Origin: Microcoleus sp.
Lineage (GTDB): Bacteria > Cyanobacteriota > Cyanobacteriia > Cyanobacteriales > Microcoleaceae
DNA length: 64,000 nucleotides
NCBI GenBank assembly: GCA_042408215.1
Contig: JAYFMW010000005.1
Span: 448,001 to 512,000 of the forward strand
Direction: 5' to 3'
A model generated the notes under the pieces. It searched no databases, had not been told where the DNA came from, and saw only the letters and a list, made by a program, of their open reading frames with translations. The translations under genes and the position numbers were made by a program. The stretch's first letter is position 1; each line of letters opens with the position of its first letter. This document shows, one piece after another, positions 32,620 to 42,873 of this stretch.

Positions 32620-33498
32620 TCAGACAGACTGCTTGTCAGGAGGAAGCAACTGTAACGACAAACCTTCCCGCGCCATCAAACTGTTCGGGAACCTTTGAGC
32701 CACTTGCTCTCCCACCTGGTCTAGGAACTCATCATTATGCAGCGGGTCATGGTGAAAAATCACCAACTTTTTGACATTAGCCGCCTTTGCGAGCTTCACT
32801 GCTTCCTGCCAAGTCGAATGTCCCCAGCCGACCTTGCTAGTCTTCTGGGAGTAATATTCTTCATCGGTGTAAGTAGCATCGTAGATCAGCACCTCAGCAT
32901 CCCGAGCCAAATACAGCACATTTTCGTCCAAACGGTCTGGATAATGTTCAGTATCAGTCACATAAGCAGCCGCGTACCCCCGCCAGTTAACGCGGTAGCC
33001 CACAGCTTCCCCCGGATGGTTCAATAAAGCAGTTTCCACCTTAATATCCCCTATTTCCAGCGGTTTGCCGACTTCTAGATCGTTAAATTTGAGGTCAGCT
33101 CCCATAATTTGCAGAGGCACCGGAAAATTCGGGTGCAGCATCTGGTCGTTGAGTCGCTGCTGGATAGTAGCTTTATTAGGAGCGATCGCCCCATAGATGT
33201 GAAAACAATTGCCCTTGATAAAAGCTGGGACAAAAAACGGAAATCCTTGAATGTGATCCCAGTGAGAGTGAGTGAAAAACATATGAGCTTCTACGGGCAT
33301 CTGCGACAAGAGAGTTTGTCCCAAAACCCGCAACCCAGTACCGCCGTCGAAAATTAGGCGACTGTCACCCACTCGCATTTCTATACAGGGCGTATTGCCC
33401 CCGTAACGTACTGTTTCAGCTCCGGGAGACGCGATGCTACCTCTAACGCCCCAGAAGTGAACCGTGAATTGGTTTTGCATACTAGACAAATATCTCAT
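32620..33498 (-). CDS. MBL-fold metallo-hydrolase
   Basis: WGVRGS, THSHWDHIQG, GHST, FHHDP. Confidence 0.92.
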   Translation of the reverse strand: MRYLSSMQNQFTVHFWGVRGSIASPGAETVRYGGNTPCIEMRVGDSRLIFDGGTGLRVLGQTLLSQMPVEAHMFFTHSHWDHIQGFPFFVPAFIKGNCFHIYGAIAPNKATIQQRLNDQMLHPNFPVPLQIMGADLKFNDLEVGKPLEIGDIKVETALLNHPGEAVGYRVNWRGYAAAYVTDTEHYPDRLDENVLYLARDAEVLIYDATYTDEEYYSQKTSKVGWGHSTWQEAVKLAKAANVKKLVIFHHDPLHNDEFLDQVGEQVAQRFPNSLMAREGLSLQLLPPDKQSV

Positions 33499-33723
33499 GC
33501 TCCTAGTTTACCGAGTCTGACCCCGATCGGGCAAACAGAAATGCCCTCTATCCCCAGCCCCAAGACCTTCGCGACTGCTACTAACGAGAACCAGGTTTAA
33601 TTAACTGAACTCCTCCAATTTAACCCAGTTGTGGTGCGACCAGCCAGTTTTAATCAAAGCTATAATTTAGCTAATATGCTAGTATTGACCGGGTGTCGGG
33701 ATCAATGTTAAAACAATATTTAT

Positions 33724-35039
33724 CAAAAATAGCCTGAAAACCCGATCGACTTTAGTCCAGGGATGAAAGGCAGGAGTAGACTTTACTCTACCAGTGAGAG
33801 CTTTGCCAAATGTGGTAAAATCAATCAACGCAGGTGAAACAAAGTGTACGCCGTACAAAAAGACTTATGGCATTTAACGGGACTCGACAAGACCATAGTT
33901 GAGCAACTGCTCAGATGGTCAAATAGTCTGTTCAATGTTGGTACTTACGAAAGCCGGCAACGATACTTTAAAGACAATAGTGTTGTTAAATACACAGACT
34001 TGTACAAAATAGCCAAGGTTAAAGAAAATTATGGATTGCTCTACTCGCAAGTCGCTCAGCAATCTCTCAAATCTGTCGCCCAAGCTTTGAGTTATTTCCG
34101 AGCATGATCCAAGTTAGCCCTCCAGGGAGAACTTAATCAAAAGCCTAGACTGCCAAGGTACAGAAATAAAGGGGGAATGTACCATGTTTCTTACCCTGGT
34201 CAAGCTCTAAAACTGGTGGGTAATCAAGTCAGGTTGCCTCTGGGAAACAAAGGAAAAGAACATTTTGGCACGGATGCACTTTGGATGCCGTTACCCTAAC
34301 CTATCCAAGGGATAGACCTTAAAGAACTTAGGCTAATCCCTGGAAATGGTAAGGTCTGGGTTGAGTATGTACAGGAATATCTCACCGAAATAGCGCGTAG
34401 TTGTAGTTGGGAAGTGACGGTAATTTTGGGAAGAGATCGTGGCATCAATAACTGGTTAACCTGTGTGTCTAGCGGTAAACCTTTGAGCATTGACGGTCAC
34501 AAAGTAAAATCTGGGAATCAACATTTGAACAAGGAAAGGGCGAGAATTAAAGCCGAACACGCACGGCATAAATTACCTCAAGGTTTCTCGTCAAAAAGAT
34601 GGCAGCATTTGTCATAAATTAGCGCCAGGAGGATGAGAGATGCAGTTAATAAAGCAGTGAAAAACATAGTTCAATACTGCGAAATTGCCAAATTAATGTA
34701 GTTGTATTGGGCGGTAAAAATTGGCTAAAAAAAGAAGTAAATATGGAAAAAAAAACCATCAGATTTTTGTGCATATTCCGACAGCTAAAGTGAAAAAACG
34801 GTTGACTCAAGAATGCGAATTAAGGGGTTGGCGATTTATCGAGCAAGACGAGTCTTATACCTCTAAAACTATTTTTTTATGTCGAGACTTTCTGCCAGTA
34901 AAGGTCAGTGAAAAACCCGACAATTGGCAACTGTCAGGTAAACGAATCAAGGGAGGTTTGTACCGTTCTAGCACGCTCATTGTCGATCGATGCAGACACT
35001 AAGGTTGCGGCCAATATCATTACTTTAAGTTCTATCTAA
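33724..35039 (+). mobile_element. Degenerate IS200/IS605 tnpB element (pseudogene ~33844-35020), right end missing
   Basis: TTTAT|CAAAAATAGCCTGAAAACCC...AGTCCAGGGATGAAAGG left end; fragments 33844, 34414 and 34721 are homologous to TnpB 35140-36369, with many stops and frameshifts. Confidence 0.88.
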
Positions 35040-36588
35040 TTGACACTCCCCGGTCTAAAGACACGGGGATTCTTAAGGATAAACTTTGGGGGATGAATCC
35101 GCCCAAAGTTTAATTCTTAAAGGATTAGTCAGCAACCCTCTACCCACACAGCGAGATCATTGAGTCTATGGCTACTTTTGACTTTCTAATGATATTAGCT
35201 GCACCGTTAACATCTGCATTGATTAACAACCCAGCGCTAGAACAGTACAATCCTCTTTTGATTCTTTTACCCGATGGTTGCCAATTGTCAGGTTTTTCAC
35301 CGACTTTTACTGGCAAAATGTCTCGGTCTAAAAAACTTGCTTTTGATGTGTAAGATTCATCTTGTTCGACAAATCGCCACCCCTTTAAGTCACATTCTTG
35401 TTGGAGCCTTTCTTTGACTTTAGCAGTGGGTATTTGGACAAAGTTCTGATTAGTCACGCCCCCCATATTAACCTCTTGCTTCTGTCCCTTGTTCCAGCCA
35501 AAGACTAAGACGTTGATTTGGTTATTTTCGCAATAATCTACGATGGTTCTAACTGCTTTGTTGACAGCATCTCTCATCCTTCTAGTGCGAGTTTCCGACA
35601 ACTGTTGTAATCTTTTTGACGAGAAACCTTTGGGTAATTTATGTATTGCGTGTTCTGATTGAACTCTCGCTTTTTCTTTGTTAAACCATTGGTTCCAAGA
35701 CTTGAGTCTATGTCCATCAATGATGAAAGGTTTACCATTGCTAGAGACACAAGTTAACCAGTTATTGATGCCATGATCTATTCCCAGAACCCCTGTCACT
35801 TCCAAGCTGCAACTAGGGGCTTGTTCAGTCAGGGATTCGTGGACATATTCGACCCAGACCTCACCATTTCTAGGGATTAACCTGAGTTCTTTGATCTGGC
35901 AATTCTTGATACGTTCAGGTAGTGGAACCCAAATCGCATCTTTCCCAAAGTATTCTTTTCCTTTTTTCCCTAGGGGTAATCTGACTTTATTTCCAATTAC
36001 CTTTAATGCTTGACCGGGATAGGAAACGGGGTACATTCCCCCTTTGGTTCTGTACCTTGGTATTCTCGGTTTTTGATGGATTTTTCCTTGATTTGCCAAC
36101 TTCTCTAAGGCTCGGAAAGAAGTAAAAGATTCCGCGACAGATTTAAGAGATTGCTGGGCAACTTGAGAGTATAGTAACCCATAATTTTCGTTGGTTTTGG
36201 TGATTTTATACAAATCTGGATATTTAACTGCGCTTGGGTTCTTAAAGTATTGTTGCCGACTTTCATAGGTGCCGACATTAAACAGATTATTTGACCATCT
36301 CAAGAGTTGTTCGACAATGGTTTTGTCGAGTCCTTTTAAATGCCAAACATCTTTTTGTACTGCGTACATTTAACTTACTGGCTATTGTGACACTAGGTTT
36401 ATTATATATCGTGAATTAACAAGTTAATTAATCCTCAACAAATCTTTACAATTGTCTCAATTGCTAGAAGTATTTGTCCGGTGACGGTTAAACATTATGT
36501 TATATTGAAACTTACGAACAGGCAGGATAAATCCTGCCACCCCCTTTCATCCCTGGACTAAAGTCACAGGGTTTTCAGGGTATTTCTT
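35040..36588 (-). mobile_element. IS200/IS605 (IS1341-type, tnpB only) element
   Basis: Left end after TTTAT with hairpin CCCTGTGACTTTAGTCCAGGG; right end ...CCCCGTGTCTTTAGACCGGGGAGTGTCAA. Confidence 0.9.
35140..36369 (-). CDS. tnpB: RNA-guided endonuclease TnpB, apparently intact
   Basis: GIDHGINN, LVFGWN...QDESYTSKAS, INADVNGAANI. Confidence 0.93.
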   Translation of the reverse strand: MYAVQKDVWHLKGLDKTIVEQLLRWSNNLFNVGTYESRQQYFKNPSAVKYPDLYKITKTNENYGLLYSQVAQQSLKSVAESFTSFRALEKLANQGKIHQKPRIPRYRTKGGMYPVSYPGQALKVIGNKVRLPLGKKGKEYFGKDAIWVPLPERIKNCQIKELRLIPRNGEVWVEYVHESLTEQAPSCSLEVTGVLGIDHGINNWLTCVSSNGKPFIIDGHRLKSWNQWFNKEKARVQSEHAIHKLPKGFSSKRLQQLSETRTRRMRDAVNKAVRTIVDYCENNQINVLVFGWNKGQKQEVNMGGVTNQNFVQIPTAKVKERLQQECDLKGWRFVEQDESYTSKASFLDRDILPVKVGEKPDNWQPSGKRIKRGLYCSSAGLLINADVNGAANIIRKSKVAIDSMISLCG

Positions 36589-36599
36589 ATAAACTCAAT

Positions 36600-37490
36600 A
36601 TGAATCGAGTCAAACAAACTACAGTAAACCTGACTCCCTCAGTAGTGGAAGTGTCAGAGTGCAGGGAGCAACTTCGATCGCCCGCAAACAGCGAATTGCT
36701 AGCAACAATCACAGAGGCTAAGGCTGTGACGGAATATGCCTGGAACGATCGCCCATCGGCCCCCTCAGTAGCGAGCACCAGGGCTGCGCCCAGGGCTCTG
36801 CACGGCGTTGACTCAAAGGCCCCGGGAAGGCGATCGCCTGTTGTTTCTAGCACTGTTCTGAAGTGGCTGCTAGAGCGTTTGAGTCGATCGAAAAGCTGGG
36901 TAGCAGTTGTGACAGTGACAGCAGTTTGGGGGTGGTGGAACGGTCAGTTGCTGAGTTCTACAGGTGTGGGGATAGGAGTGATGCTACTTGTTTACCGGGC
37001 TGGGTCTTGGAATTGGCAATTGGTGCGATCGAAAGGCGAGCAATTTTGGGAGGGCCCGAACCGCCGCTTGGTTTTAGCCGTAGCTAGTGGCGGCATTGCT
37101 ACCTTGGGAACTTACATGAGTTTTGCGATTTGGGCTGACTCCCAGAGCCTCTGGATGGCTGTGAGCGCGATTTGGCAATACGTGGGTACGATCGCCCTGG
37201 TCGCCCTGTTGCTACGGCAAGCGTTGAACCAGCGTACCTCAAAAGATGAAGCGGTACTCGATCGCATCTTGGCCGATTTGACTGATAGTGACCCCGTGAA
37301 ACGTTTGATAGCAGTGCGACAAATCACCAATTTGGTGAATAATCCGGGGTTTGGTCGAGAGAGTTCGCTCAAAAGTTCGATCGCCACATCCCACGCCCAG
37401 GAATGCTTTCGCCTGATGCTGAGTCGGGAACCTGAAGCTCTAGTCCGCAATGCCCTGCTCGAAAGTTTACAGGCTTTAGACACTCTTTAA
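36600..37490 (+). CDS. Membrane protein with C-terminal HEAT/armadillo-like region
   Basis: Several TM segments; DLTDSDPVKRLIAVRQ...EPEALVRNALL. Confidence 0.75.
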   Translation: MNRVKQTTVNLTPSVVEVSECREQLRSPANSELLATITEAKAVTEYAWNDRPSAPSVASTRAAPRALHGVDSKAPGRRSPVVSSTVLKWLLERLSRSKSWVAVVTVTAVWGWWNGQLLSSTGVGIGVMLLVYRAGSWNWQLVRSKGEQFWEGPNRRLVLAVASGGIATLGTYMSFAIWADSQSLWMAVSAIWQYVGTIALVALLLRQALNQRTSKDEAVLDRILADLTDSDPVKRLIAVRQITNLVNNPGFGRESSLKSSIATSHAQECFRLMLSREPEALVRNALLESLQALDTL

Positions 37491-38134
37491 AAACCAAAAG
37501 TCAAATCATCCACTACTAGCTGACCGTCAAAAGCGTAAAAAGTAATTCGATAAATATTCGGGGCTTTTACACGCAGGGGAGCGCCCGGGGCGATGGGAGA
37601 ATTAGACCCGACCAGATTCGGTGCAGGCATTTCGTCCTGAGCAATTGGGTTTCCTTCGGCGTCGCCAGCAGATAAAACTGTTCGTCGCGAACTGGTAACC
37701 AGTCCTGACACAAAGCGAACTGGATACTTGAAAGAGACTTCTATCAGTCCACTTTTTGGGGCTCCCATTAAAACTGTTTTCCCAGAAACACTGGGGCTGT
37801 TTTGACAGAAGGCTGGGTTTGAAGGTTGGATTGCTACTGTGTTGGTAAAACTTAGGCCCCAGTATCCAAACTGGTGTTCTACTACTTCAAAGCATTTGAG
37901 GTCTTCTACAGCTAGGCGGATCAGACCGAGTACGGCCGGGGGCATCCGAGACTCTGACGCTGCCTTGGAGCGGTCGGGAGTGGCTACAAAAGCCAATGAG
38001 CCGAGTTGTTTATCGAAGAGATCCGTGCTTCGACAGAGAGTGTCAAATTCTGCGGACTCGTCAGGAAGAATTTTTGCGTCAACCATAGATGTTACCAAAG
38101 AGGCCTTGCGATCCAGTTTCTTGAGCAGTTGCAT
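37487..38134 (-). CDS. Conserved cyanobacterial hypothetical protein
   Basis: 215-aa ORF, GGGAGG RBS; AIQPSNPAF, LMGAPKSG, FDGQLVVDD. Confidence 0.7.
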   Translation of the reverse strand: MQLLKKLDRKASLVTSMVDAKILPDESAEFDTLCRSTDLFDKQLGSLAFVATPDRSKAASESRMPPAVLGLIRLAVEDLKCFEVVEHQFGYWGLSFTNTVAIQPSNPAFCQNSPSVSGKTVLMGAPKSGLIEVSFKYPVRFVSGLVTSSRRTVLSAGDAEGNPIAQDEMPAPNLVGSNSPIAPGAPLRVKAPNIYRITFYAFDGQLVVDDLTFGF

Positions 38135-38399
38135 TATGAGTAGACCTCCCTGAGATTATTGCTGTTTTTGTCTTGTAGAATTTATAACGGCGCTGCCAAT
38201 GATTCCCGGCACCCCCAGTTAGGGATCGGTATGCGATCGGTATGTTGTCGAAGAGCCGATCGTCAGCCCTGTAACAAACACCTTCGACATCAAAAGTAGC
38301 TGCTCCGCAAATATTGTCGAAGAGATGGTGATTAATTATGTTGTCGATCGGGTTCTTGGCGATCGACAGCAAACCTGCCGTCTACCCGCAACCGATCGG

Positions 38400-38660
38400 T
38401 ATTGTAAAACTTCATTAAGATTGTAAGCATCAATAGACAATGGTAGTATCATATAGTCAGAAGGGTCGATTGATTAACGCCGATGTTAACGGGTCTTACA
38501 ATATTTTGAGAAAAGCAATCCCAAATGCGTTTAGCACTCTTGATAGAGAGCTGCGTAGTTCAGCTTTAGAAGGGTTAATCCGCTCGAAGTGAAAGCGAAA
38601 GGGGAGGGACTCAACGCCTCCCATGGCACTGTAATAGATGACTATACTTTTACCAGCTAT
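38400..38660 (+). mobile_element. 261-bp non-autonomous mini-IS607 (left end + tnpB 3' tip + omegaRNA/right end)
   Basis: The first ~60 bp match 18591-18530 (minus strand); the rest matches 16830-16643, e.g. AGAAAAGCAATCCCAAATGCG and CTTGATAGAGAGCTGCGTAGTTCAGC are identical. Confidence 0.9.
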
Positions 38661-38999
38661 TTGATCAAAGTATGTTATCGAAGAGAGGCACACCGGGGCG
38701 CTGGCTTTCTGGGTCGGCGAACCGACTGTGGCAAAGTGAGGGGTAAGACCCCTCACTTTGCTATTATCGCCGAAAGGAGGTAGTTTTGCAAGGGTGAGCA
38801 GTATGCGATCGAAGAGGGCACAGCCCGATCGACCAAAATCTCACAACTTAGTTCCTGCCTGTAGTTTCACGGATCGACCTGTACAGTGTGTGATCGAAGA
38901 GGTTCTGGAAGAGTACCTTCCTGTTGACCAAATCCTGAAAAAACATTGACAAACCTTGACAATAGAGATCGGCTTGGTGAGTACACAACTTTAACGTAA

Positions 39000-39728
39000 A
39001 TGCCGAAATATACATCACCGAGTGAAACGGCGGAATACTTTGGTGTCTGCCTACATACCTTGAGAAGATGGGAAAAAGACGGCAAGATTGAAGCAATAAG
39101 GACACCATCAGGGCAAAGACGATATGATATCGCGTCAATCGATTTTAGATTTTAGATTTTAGATTTTAGATTTACCCCACGTATAAATGCGGGGGCTTGA
39201 GGATTTTAGATTTGGGATTTTGGATTGATTCCACGGATAAATCCGGGGGCTTGTACCACCTTTGAAATTATTGGTCATACACGGGAATATCAAATGAGAG
39301 AACGCAACGGGCAATTATCGCTTACGCCCGCGTTTCAAGTCGATCCCAAAAAGCAAACCTCGATCGTCAAGCTGCAAAACTGCTCGAACTCTATCCCAAC
39401 GCCGAACTCATTACTGATATCGCCAGTGGTCTTAATTTCAAAAGAACAGGACTTAGAACCGTTTTGGAACGAGTCCGTCGAGGCGATGTCGGATCTATTG
39501 TGGTTGCCCCACAAAGACAGACTTGCCCGTTTCGGGTTTGAACTCATCTCTTGGTTGTGCGAACTTGACGGTACAAAAATCTTGGTTCTCAACCAAGACG
39601 GTTGATCCCCAGAACGAGAATTGGTTGAGGACATCCTTGCCATTGTTCATGTTTTCAGTTGCCGACTCGGAGGACTTAGGAAGTATAAGTCTGCAATCAA
39701 AGAAGATCCGGATTTATCCAAGTGCTGA
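39000..39728 (+). pseudogene. tnpA: IS607 TnpA disrupted by a 140-bp insertion, a +1 C at 39507-39510 and TGA at 39603
   Basis: MPKYTSPSETAEYFGVCLHTLRRWE HTH, YARVSS, DIASGLNFKR, HKDRLARFGFELI, ELVEDILAIVHVFSCRL. Confidence 0.88.
39138..39277 (-). mobile_element. 140-bp two-hairpin mini-element with (ATTTTAG)n, inserted in tnpA
   Basis: GTCA at both junctions; removal restores ...YDIAS-YTGISN. Hairpins CCCCACGTATAAATGCGGGGG and CCACGGATAAATCCGGGG. Confidence 0.8.
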
Positions 39729-40830
39729 ACTGGAAAAAACTTGGAAAAAATGGCTTGGGGCTTGTCGTTATTGTTTCAATCAAGCAATAGCTATGCAGCG
39801 TCAATCAACTACTCGCATCGGCAAGTTGAAATTATGAAATCTGGGAATGCAATCCGATTTACCTCAGTGGGTTAAAGAAACGCCTTGTCATATCAGACAA
39901 AACGCGATTTTTGACGCACATCAAGCATATAGGGCGAGTGGTGATGCCCAATTCCGAAGCATCCGTAACCCACGCCAAATAATCAAATTCAATGAGTCCA
40001 ACTTCACCAAAGGGACATGGTATAGTCAATTAACAAAAACACTTAAGTTTAAGACAAGTGAACCAATACCGTCTCAATGTGATTATGGAACTCAATTAGT
40101 ATATAGACGTGGTAAATGGTTTGCGATCTTTCCTGAACCCGTAAACCTCACTAATCCATCCTCAAAGAAGATAATTGCCTTAGATCCTGGGGTAAGAACC
40201 TTTTTAACCGGATATGACGGCGATAAAGTAATTGAAATTGGCAACGGTGACATGGGACGAATCACTCGAAATTGTCAACATTTAGATGATTTAGTTAGTC
40301 GTTCAACGAAGGTAAATGCCAAGCAACGCCGTTCAATGAGAAAAGCGGCTAATCGGATTCGAGAAAAGATCAAAGACTTAATTGACGAAGTGCATAAAAA
40401 AGCAGCACATTATCTGACTACTAACTATGGTTTAATTTTTCTACCTCGCTTCGAGTCTTCCGAAATGGTAGCCAAGTCGAGACGAAAGATTCATACCAAA
40501 ACAGTCAGAAATATGCTGACTTGGGCACATTATCGCTTTAAGTTAGTCCTAAAACATCAAGCCGCAAAGCGTGGTTGCGTGGTGCTTGATGTCGGCGAAA
40601 GTCATACATCTAAAACCTGTGGTGCGTGTGGACATCGCCATGCATCTCTAGGTGGTGCGAAAATACACAAGTGTCCTCACTGTGGTAGTCAAACACAACG
40701 AGATGCAAATGGCGCACGCAATATTATGTTGCGTGCTTTGAGGGATTCCTCCTTTACTGTCAGCAATGATGGTATTGCTATAGTTACAGTCCAAGCATTG
40801 TCAATCAATGCTAAGGAATGTTCAGCTTAA
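39294..40830 (+). pseudogene. tnpB: IS607 TnpB of Fanzor2-related type, with a frameshift and TGA at 39835
   Basis: KKIRIYPS, ALDPGVRTFLT, IFLPRF, GESHTSKTCGAC, CPHC, RDANGARNI. Confidence 0.88.
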
Positions 40831-40861
40831 ATGAATCAGCTAACAGCGATTGAGGTTATTT

Positions 40862-41767
40862 ATGCTTGTGCCCATCGGATTCGGTCAGCGATCGATAGTT
40901 ACTTCCCTCGGCAGAATGGTGTACTACACTGCCGCTCAAATGCCTTGGATGAGGTTGCCCACCTCCGGCTCGGACAATTTGCCTAATTTGGTATTTTTCC
41001 ACGGTTTTGGGGGCGGGTCTAGTGCCTACGAATGGTCTAAAGTTTATCCAGCTTTTGCGGCTGAATATCGAATTCTAGCACCAGATTTAATCGGTTGGGG
41101 ACGCTCCGAACATCCGCCGATAAATTACAAGGTTGAGGATTATATCACAACTTTGATAAAATTTCTGGAAAAAACTTGCGGGAGTGCGACCAATGTGATT
41201 GCTTCTTCGCTGACGGGGGCGATCGCCATCCGAGCTGCGATCGCGCGTCCCGATCTTTTCAAATCCCTAATTTTGACGATCCCCAGCGGTTTGTCCGACT
41301 TTGGAGAAGATTACAGCCGTAGTTTCTTCGCTCAGATAGTCAGCACGCCGATTTTAGACCGCTTACTCTACAGTACAGGAATTGCCACAGACGGGGGCAT
41401 CCGCAGTTTCTTAGAGCAGCGCCAATTTGCCGATGCTTCCAGAGTTTATCAAGAAATCGTAGATGCTTATTTAGAATCTGCCACGCAGCCAAATGCAGAA
41501 TACGCAGCTCTCTCTTTTGTGCGGGGAGATTTGTGCTTTGATTTGTCACTGTACATCAGTGAGCTAACAACACCTACAGCGATTATTTGGGGAGAAAAAT
41601 CGAAGTTTACCGGCCCCGATATCGGCCAGCGGTTGGCAAATTTGAACCCCACAGCAGTGAAAGTATTTCAAACTCTGGAAGATGTAGGTTTGACGCCACA
41701 GCTAGAAATTCCGGCTGTGACGATCGGCTTAATCCGGCAATATTTAAGCTTGCTTTCGGAAGGGTGA
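40862..41767 (+). CDS. Alpha/beta fold hydrolase
   Basis: FHGFGGGSSAYEW, APDLIGWGRS, IASSLTG, IIWGE. Confidence 0.9.
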   Translation: MLVPIGFGQRSIVTSLGRMVYYTAAQMPWMRLPTSGSDNLPNLVFFHGFGGGSSAYEWSKVYPAFAAEYRILAPDLIGWGRSEHPPINYKVEDYITTLIKFLEKTCGSATNVIASSLTGAIAIRAAIARPDLFKSLILTIPSGLSDFGEDYSRSFFAQIVSTPILDRLLYSTGIATDGGIRSFLEQRQFADASRVYQEIVDAYLESATQPNAEYAALSFVRGDLCFDLSLYISELTTPTAIIWGEKSKFTGPDIGQRLANLNPTAVKVFQTLEDVGLTPQLEIPAVTIGLIRQYLSLLSEG

Positions 41768-41905
41768 AGAAGTTGGTTGGCAGTTGGTAGTTGGGAGTGG
41801 TTATTAGTTCTTAGTTATTGGTGATTGGTGATTGGTTATTTGTGAGTTGCTACCAAGGCCCAAGGCCCAAGGTCCAAGGCCCAATTAGCAGTTACCAATT
41901 ACCAA

Positions 41906-42433
41906 TTACTCTTTGACGCGCACGTCAATGACGCTGACATTGAAAATATAATTCTTGCCTTCAACTTCGAGTGTAGTGCCAATTTTGACTTTCGTATTCC
42001 CTAAAACCGGGCCATTCTCAGTGAGTTGACCTTTTCCCTCTAAAGTAAACATCATATTTCGGCTAAAAGATTCTTCTTCTCGGGGATCGGGTACAGCTTT
42101 CAAGGTGCCGTTGGGCTGAGGAACTGCTAGGGTTCTGGTGATGGTTTTGGCAGATTTGATGGTAATCTGACCAGAGGGTTGGTTGCGGATCACCACATTG
42201 ATTTTATCGCCCGGTTTGAACAAGTCTTGAACGTTCTTTCCTTTGAGACCGAGCGCAATGGCATCGATCTCTATGGCTTTGAGGCTGGTGCCGCCGACTT
42301 GGGCGACGGAACCGCCAGAAGTGCCGGGAAAGAAGAAGATGCCGACTGCAACTAGCAGGATAATCAGAGCAGCAGCTACGTCTAGGATGCTGAGTTTGCT
42401 GAACAGGCGACCTTGTGAATCCAAAATTTTCAT
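41906..42433 (-). CDS. DUF4330 family protein
   Basis: MKILDSQGRLFSKLSILD N-terminus with TM; IRNQP and KVKIG motifs. Confidence 0.85.
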   Translation of the reverse strand: MKILDSQGRLFSKLSILDVAAALIILLVAVGIFFFPGTSGGSVAQVGGTSLKAIEIDAIALGLKGKNVQDLFKPGDKINVVIRNQPSGQITIKSAKTITRTLAVPQPNGTLKAVPDPREEESFSRNMMFTLEGKGQLTENGPVLGNTKVKIGTTLEVEGKNYIFNVSVIDVRVKE

Positions 42434-42873
42434 AAAAAAGCTCGGTAAGTGGGAAACTCAGAGTCTTTAGACCTGAGAGGGAAACGACGCGGGTGGTTTT
42501 AACCACCGTGAATCTTTTTTCCATTACCGCCTTGGAATTGCTTGACGGGAGTGTACTTTTGTAATGCACTTTCGATGGGACAATTACCATTTCAAGCCTT
42601 GCAATCCTGTACGCATAATGGTTGCCTTTGTTGGGCCTCCCTTGCGGGGTAATGTTAGCTTCGCCAAAGTTATTAGGGCTTGTTAGGCTTGCAACACTGT
42701 AAAGCGTGACTTTAGAACTGTTTAATTGCAAACGACAGAGCAGGGAACTAGCTTCGCATTCCGGGGTGTCGTGACCCAAATAACGTAGTCAGTTAAGACT
42801 GAGGCTGGTCAGAATAGCTTGCTTCGAGACTTGCTCTTACAAGCGAGCGTGTCTTTAGACCTGAGTTCCTGAC
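42434..42873 (-). mobile_element. 440-bp non-autonomous IscB/IsrB-type IS200/IS605 element with the ORF internally deleted
   Basis: Both ends share the CTCAGGTCTAAAGAC hairpin core; starts GTCAGGAAC; contains a HEARO RNA followed by an ATGCGT stub at 42616; ends directly before ATGA. Confidence 0.85.
42636..42873 (-). ncRNA. HEARO / IscB-type omegaRNA
   Basis: Ordered motifs GACCAGCCTCAG, GACTACGTT, GACACCCCGGAATGC, GCTAGTTCCCTGCTCTG, TTAAACAG, CAGTG, TTGGCGAAG, AACATTACCCCGCAAGGGAGG. Confidence 0.88.

Larger units (their letters stand above)
38935..40845 (+). mobile_element. Second IS607-family element, inactivated; ends approximate
   Basis: TTGACAA direct repeats upstream of tnpA; tnpA and tnpB remnants. 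Confidence 0.85.

Noticed and set aside
38800..38816. Resemblance of the 17-bp motif to a loxP or dif half-site
   Set aside because: No matching inverted arm at fixed spacing and no tyrosine recombinase in the window.
42204..42779. 191-aa ORF over the HEARO element
   Set aside because: It runs through the structured RNA and out of frame into DUF4330, with no PLMP, RuvC or HNH motifs.
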